DNA of 29,043 nt from an uncultured Anaerolineales bacterium (GTDB lineage: Bacteria > Chloroflexota > Anaerolineae > B4-G1 > SLSP01), in contig CAZCPK010000002.1 in the NCBI GenBank assembly GCA_964500755.1, positions 1 to 29,043 on the forward strand, given 5' to 3'. Position numbers and translations under genes: made by a program. Shown in pieces: positions 24,496 through 29,043 of this stretch; within the stretch, counting starts at the first letter, position 1, and every line of letters begins with the position of its first letter. Under the pieces are notes generated by a model. The model had not been told where the DNA came from, did not search any database, and saw nothing but the letters and a program-made list of their open reading frames with translations.

Positions 24496-25077
24496 TTACT
24501 CCTCCTCAATATCCGGTGTCGGGGTGGGCGCTAACTGCGGGACAAGCACCTCAATCCGAGGGGCAATGGAGCTATGTACGTCCTGCTGGGGGTTAAGTAC
24601 GAGCACGCAACCCAATGACAAGTTCGGCCCGCCCAAAAACGTCAGGTGACTGGTGGCGCTGCCCTGCGTGATCAAATCCAGCAGGTGCTGACGCGCAGTT
24701 TCCAGGCTATCCCCCTCCACGTTATGAACTTGCTCGCCGCAGACCAACACCGGCAGATCCATGAGGGGATCCGCAGAGCCAGACCCGCGCACGGTGAAGG
24801 AAATCACCGCCGTCTGGTCTATGCTGCGGGCGCCCAGGACACGCACGTTGAGCTGACTGCCCCAGACGTCGGCTGCGCCAGTGTTTTCCTGGGGATTGGG
24901 TAAGGCAGCAGGATCTTCGTTCGTCGCCACTTCCGGTTGGGGCCGGGCGCCGGTAGCATAAGCCACCTGCCGCCGCAAGTCGGCCAACTCACCGGTCAGG
25001 ATCACGGTATTGAGAATAAGACCGAGGGCGCTCAGACCTACTACGACCCAGAGCGCAATACGTTCAGTTTTCGTCAC
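24496..25077 (-). CDS. Bitopic membrane protein, hypothetical
   Basis: GTG start after GAGGAGG, one N-terminal TM, short coiled coil, beta-rich extracytoplasmic domain with two Cys. Confidence 0.75.
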   Translation of the reverse strand: MTKTERIALWVVVGLSALGLILNTVILTGELADLRRQVAYATGARPQPEVATNEDPAALPNPQENTGAADVWGSQLNVRVLGARSIDQTAVISFTVRGSGSADPLMDLPVLVCGEQVHNVEGDSLETARQHLLDLITQGSATSHLTFLGGPNLSLGCVLVLNPQQDVHSSIAPRIEVLVPQLAPTPTPDIEEE

Positions 25078-25669
25078 GAGTTTCCTCCTCTTCTGAGACA
25101 ATATGGACCGGGTATGAATACAGAGGGGCACCATCCAACCAGATCTCGATGTCGTACTGCCCTGCGGCGGGCAGCAGCGGTTCCAGGAGCAATATCTGGT
25201 TTAGTTGCCCTTGTCCGCCTTCGATCATGCCTTCAGCGCGCTCCAGTTCCTCACCAGTAGGTCCCAGGACCCGGGCGCCGGTGCGATATTCCTGATCCAC
25301 GTTCCCACCCGACCAGAGGATGACGACGTTGAGTTGCAAGCGAGTGGGAAAGTTGTTGGCGAAAAACGTATACACGATCCGCTCGGCGGTGAGCAAGTTA
25401 TCGCGCCAGACGGCGATGTTCTCGGCCGGGAACGAACCGAGTAAACGCAGGGCTTGCGGATCAGGGGTCATCACAGCGCGCATCAGGGCCCGTGCTGCAG
25501 ACGCCATGTGAAAGGCGATTAGTTCTTTTTCTGTATCGAGCAGCTCCGCGGCTTCCGGTACGGTACGCGGGCCGTCGCCGTCCAGACCGGCCAAGGCGCT
25601 CAATACGGTCCGCTGCTCCTCCGTCAACATGGTCAGCAAGCCAGGTACGGCTACACGGGTTTGGGGCAT
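25064..25669 (-). CDS. Sigma70 region-4-like HTH fused to DUF6941-like beta-sandwich
   Basis: LTEEQRTVLSALAGLDGDGPRTVPEAAELL resembles the sigma r4 LxxRERxVLxLRxGLDGxxPxTLxEI motif. The C-terminus FANNFPT..VVILW..LPAAGQYDIEIWLDG resembles DUF6941. Confidence 0.6.
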   Translation of the reverse strand: MPQTRVAVPGLLTMLTEEQRTVLSALAGLDGDGPRTVPEAAELLDTEKELIAFHMASAARALMRAVMTPDPQALRLLGSFPAENIAVWRDNLLTAERIVYTFFANNFPTRLQLNVVILWSGGNVDQEYRTGARVLGPTGEELERAEGMIEGGQGQLNQILLLEPLLPAAGQYDIEIWLDGAPLYSYPVHIVSEEEETRDEN

Positions 25670-25683
25670 CTGGTCACTCCTTA

Positions 25684-26814
25684 TTAGTCAGTTAATTCAA
25701 CGTGAATGGGCCACCGGCGCTCTCGCTGCGGGCGCTTACCATCAGCATCGTCTTCCGGCCAGGGTAGATCCGGAAAGAATTCCTGCGCCAGGTCTGCTAC
25801 CGCAGGGCCATAGCGAGACGTATCCAGAGCATGGCCTGCAGTATCTTCGGTCTGCCAGACTTCAGGATCTTCCGGTAGCTTCTTGACCGGAGGAAAGTCC
25901 GGATCATCACTACGACAGTGGCGCTCAAACGCGGACGGCGTCAGCTTCCCTTGACGCGCCACAATGACAGCGGCGATATGGGTCCCGCGGCGCCGGAGGG
26001 TATGCACGGTGCGCACCGCCTTGAGGCGCCCCGCTCCCGTGGGGCGCGTGACAATGACAATACTTGCTTGAGGCGTTTGGTCGATGAGAGACAAGAGGCC
26101 CAGATCAACCTCACAAATTTGCAGGTCGTATTTGTGCGGCAACTCTTTACCGGACAGGATCATTGCATATAGATCCTCGTCTATGCATTGCGCATAACCT
26201 GGTTCCGCGATGCCGGTCCGCGCCAGAAGCGTCATATGATCAGGGCTGGCGGCCAGACTGGTCACCCCCAGGCGAGCGGTAGCCGCAGCCAGGGAGAGCG
26301 CGAGCGTGGTCGCACCGGCTCCCCCCACCACCGGATAGAGCAAGAGCGGAGTAGATTTTAAAATGTCAACATACCCCGAAGACTTCCGAGGTTTTTCCCG
26401 CCGCGCTCTTTGCGCTTTCTGCTTGGCGGGCGGTGAAGGTGCTGCTGAAGCGTGCGCTGGGGTTGGAGATGGCGTAGGGGGTTTCGTCACCGGGAGAGAG
26501 GCTGCGGATAACGCTTTGGCGGCTGTGGCCCAGGGGGTATCAGCCGAGAGGACGGTGGTCATCTCTTTGAGGGCTGCCGTCACCTCGTCGGGTTCCAGGA
26601 GTAATACGACAGGAACGTCCAGAGATTGCAATGCCGTCATTAGTTCCTCAGGCTCGCCCCCCAGCAGGCCTCGAATCAAGAATCCATCCGGTTCCTCCAG
26701 CGCAATTTGCGCTTTGAGTAGCGCTAGATTTCGCACCAGGGACAGAATGCGGTGCCCCGCAGTGCGTAGCGCGGTATACGCAGTAGCATCGCCACCCGCA
26801 ACGATTAGTCGCAT
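25684..26814 (-). CDS. Third CpaE/TadZ-like protein with degenerate P-loop
   Basis: Receiver-like N-domain, P/A-rich plus basic linker, LLLYPVVGGAGATTLALSLAA (Lys of GKT lost), ICEVD, IVIVT. Confidence 0.6.
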   Translation of the reverse strand: MRLIVAGGDATAYTALRTAGHRILSLVRNLALLKAQIALEEPDGFLIRGLLGGEPEELMTALQSLDVPVVLLLEPDEVTAALKEMTTVLSADTPWATAAKALSAASLPVTKPPTPSPTPAHASAAPSPPAKQKAQRARREKPRKSSGYVDILKSTPLLLYPVVGGAGATTLALSLAAATARLGVTSLAASPDHMTLLARTGIAEPGYAQCIDEDLYAMILSGKELPHKYDLQICEVDLGLLSLIDQTPQASIVIVTRPTGAGRLKAVRTVHTLRRRGTHIAAVIVARQGKLTPSAFERHCRSDDPDFPPVKKLPEDPEVWQTEDTAGHALDTSRYGPAVADLAQEFFPDLPWPEDDADGKRPQRERRWPIHVELTD

Positions 26815-29043
26815 AGTTCAGATCCTTTATAGTGTCTTTGCGCCGCCTGCCAGATTTCAGTGTCGGTAGGCTCGTTGAGCTCCAGGAGCAAGGGGCGCAT
26901 CAGCATGGGCGCGGTTTGGGTCTGATCCATGCTGTAGCCCAATTTCACGACCGTGTACCCAATGGGCATCCGGCTCATGAAGCGTTTGTAGTCCTCGTCC
27001 GTAAAGCCCTTCTCGCTATGTCCGAGGGCCGCCTGCATCAGATCCCGGTCGTGAGGATGCTTCAACTGCCCGATAAACTGATTGTTGCAAGACGACATAA
27101 TGCCCGCGGCAACCTCGGCCGGAGACTGCACGATTATGTAATTGAAGAAGTCGTATTTGCGACCGTCGCGGAACATCTGCTCAAACTGCGCGGCAGTTGC
27201 GGCCTGCGCTCCGGTGGTGTCACTCATGCCGGTATCCACGCCCGACAGAATCTTGTTGGCCTCCTCGAAGATGACCTGGGTGAGTTGGGCGTCGGTGCCG
27301 GTGTTGATCCGCTCGCGGCGCCGCACCACGGCGTCCGTATAAAGATGCCAGGATACTAGCCCCAGGATCACGCTCTTGGAGTATTCATCCATCTCGGCGC
27401 CGCCTTCCAGCACCGATATCCCCCACCGCTTTTCTCCCGCGTGACCCAACAGCCCCAGCTCCTCGATGGGGATCGTGTCAGCGCCTTTACCGTACATCTC
27501 CTGCATTCCACCCACCTGGAAGGCTTCGAGGCGCAATAAAAGACCTTCCAGGGACGTTCGCTCATACTCCTTCATACCCTTGAGTGTTCGCCGTAAGATC
27601 TTGATCCAGTCCGAGATCCCGGTGAGACGCGAACGATGAACGGCCAAGGCCTGCCGTTCCCAGGGTGAGAGTTCTCGTAGTTCCTGCCGGCGCTTCTGCT
27701 TGCGGGGCGTTATGCCGTGCGCTTGCCAGACTTGTTCCAACACGTGCCACTCATCGGCCTGGACGTGGCCCCATTTCCCATCCCGCAGCACGCGCTCGGA
27801 GAAGGTCAGCACGCCCTTCTCGCGCCACATCTGGGTGGCCGCCCGCCGCATGTAGCCCAACTGCCGCTCACCCATGCGTCCGGCGTTTTTGAAAATCTCG
27901 CAGGTCGCCATTAGCTGGCGCTCGGGGCGGATCCGCTTGCCGACCTGCCAGGGATTCCAGCGCAGCGGACGCACTGCGCCGGGCTGTAACTGCCAGACCT
28001 CCACGTGGCCCTCCAGGCCCGGGGCGTTGAGCAACTTGCGCCACCCGGCGCCGAAGTCCAGGACGACCGTCTGAGTCTGGAAGGCTTTCGTTGTTTCCAG
28101 CGCCATGCGTTCGGCAGCCACAGATTTGCCGTACCCGGTGTCGGCGGCAAATATGGTGTGCGTGAGTTGTTCACGTGACATACGGGCCAGCGTATTGGTG
28201 ATCTGACCGGTCTCGCTGCTAATCAGGTGGCCCAGACAGACAGGGCCCCGCATCTCCGGATAAAAGGCAAAGGCCGGTATCCGTTCCAGCATCGTGACCG
28301 CGGCGCCCTCCTCGAAGAGCGCCGGCGCCATGTAGGCCGATAACTGCCGGGGAATCAGGAGCGTTGCATCACGGTAAGGTTCGCCGGTCTCGACACGCTC
28401 CTCGCGTCGCGTGCTGGGCGTCAACGCCATAGCATGTGCGCGAATGTAGTCTTGTTCCTCTGGGGAAAGTTCTCGCGTCTGGACGGGTGTGGTGACCAGG
28501 GGATCATCCCCTTGGAACGCCTGGCGCACGGCTGCATCGGCTGTCGCGGCGCTATCTTCGGTTTCCGTAAGGACGTAGAAATCGACCAGGTAGGCGCCTT
28601 CCAGGGTCGCCCGCCGGAGTTGTTCTTCCTGAGCGCGTAAGATGTTGGTCATCTGGATGGCCTGGTCGTCCTCCCATCGCCAACTGCGGTTGAGGTTGAA
28701 ACTGGGGACGGCTCCCATCCCCATGCCAAATCCTTCCACGATACCCAGACTCCGGCTGGCCGTCAGGGCCTCGCTGGTTCCGAGGGAGACCCCGCGCCCC
28801 ACGCTGTTGCTGACGGTTTCAGACTCGGAGCGGGTAGTCCCCGTGGTCACCGTTTCGGATCCGCTAACCGTATTGCTCTGCGAATGGGTGGTGCTGTTCA
28901 TATGCCCCACGGAGCGGCTAATGCTGGTCCCCCTGGACTGCGTATTAGCCTGGCTTTGGGCTTCCGATTGCGAAACTGTATCGGATTCGGAGCGCGTGGT
29001 CGACTGCGAGCGCGTTGTGGCGTTGCTGCGCGTCGTCGAAGAG
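26805..29043 (-). CDS. HerA/TrwB/VirB4-superfamily ATPase (DUF87-like), 5'-truncated by window, with Ser/Thr-rich repeat
   Basis: The frame stays open from 28910 to the window end (manual translation ..SSTTRSNATTRSQSTTRSESDTVSQSEAQSQ..). Walker A HTIFAADTGYGKS, VVLDFG, WNPW, Walker B VIFEEANKIL, FRDGRKY..IIVQSP. Confidence 0.85.
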   Translation of the reverse strand, partial: SSTTRSNATTRSQSTTRSESDTVSQSEAQSQANTQSRGTSISRSVGHMNSTTHSQSNTVSGSETVTTGTTRSESETVSNSVGRGVSLGTSEALTASRSLGIVEGFGMGMGAVPSFNLNRSWRWEDDQAIQMTNILRAQEEQLRRATLEGAYLVDFYVLTETEDSAATADAAVRQAFQGDDPLVTTPVQTRELSPEEQDYIRAHAMALTPSTRREERVETGEPYRDATLLIPRQLSAYMAPALFEEGAAVTMLERIPAFAFYPEMRGPVCLGHLISSETGQITNTLARMSREQLTHTIFAADTGYGKSVAAERMALETTKAFQTQTVVLDFGAGWRKLLNAPGLEGHVEVWQLQPGAVRPLRWNPWQVGKRIRPERQLMATCEIFKNAGRMGERQLGYMRRAATQMWREKGVLTFSERVLRDGKWGHVQADEWHVLEQVWQAHGITPRKQKRRQELRELSPWERQALAVHRSRLTGISDWIKILRRTLKGMKEYERTSLEGLLLRLEAFQVGGMQEMYGKGADTIPIEELGLLGHAGEKRWGISVLEGGAEMDEYSKSVILGLVSWHLYTDAVVRRRERINTGTDAQLTQVIFEEANKILSGVDTGMSDTTGAQAATAAQFEQMFRDGRKYDFFNYIIVQSPAEVAAGIMSSCNNQFIGQLKHPHDRDLMQAALGHSEKGFTDEDYKRFMSRMPIGYTVVKLGYSMDQTQTAPMLMRPLLLELNEPTDTEIWQAAQRHYKGSELCD

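Larger units (their letters stand above)
880..29043 (-). mobile_element. Probable transfer/pilus region of an ICE- or plasmid-like element
   Basis: HerA/VirB4-like ATPase, VirB8-like protein, Xis-type HTH, XRE and RHH regulators, duplicated pilus machinery and AT-rich inserts. No integrase, relaxase or att site in the window. Confidence 0.5.

Noticed and set aside
1-29043. Integrase, relaxase, att sites, tRNA, IS elements, DGR (RT or TR/VR), secretin (RcpA/CpaC) and TadD
   Set aside because: I looked for them and found no supporting motifs in this window. Their absence limits the ICE claim to inference.

Overview
The window holds about 28 kb of co-oriented, mostly translationally coupled minus-strand genes encoding two complete but divergent Tad/Flp (type IVc) pilus machines in tandem. 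Each has its own CpaB, CpaE/TadZ, CpaF/TadA, TadB, TadC, A24 prepilin peptidase, Flp pilin(s) and TadE/TadG pseudopilins. Both lie downstream of a large HerA/TrwB/VirB4-superfamily ATPase that runs off the right edge and carries a long Ser/Thr-alternating repeat. I found no secretin gene. That absence, the PT-repeat secreted proteins and the YLPL(V/I) motifs suggest a monoderm Chloroflexota (Anaerolineae-like) host (inference). Interspersed are an excisionase-type HTH, an XRE regulator, a tandem ribbon-helix-helix gene behind a consensus internal sigma70 promoter with an apparently leaderless start, a VirB8/NTF2-like bitopic protein, candidate adhesins, several AT-rich single-gene inserts, and a strongly structured intergenic region that splits the right-hand machine. 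A 47-aa canonical Flp pilin missed by the ORF track is present. The best overall reading is part of a mobile (ICE- or plasmid-like) element with a twin-Tad-pilus contact or transfer apparatus. No integrase, relaxase, att site, tRNA or CRISPR array is visible here, so mobility is not proven. All family calls come from motif recognition, not database searches.
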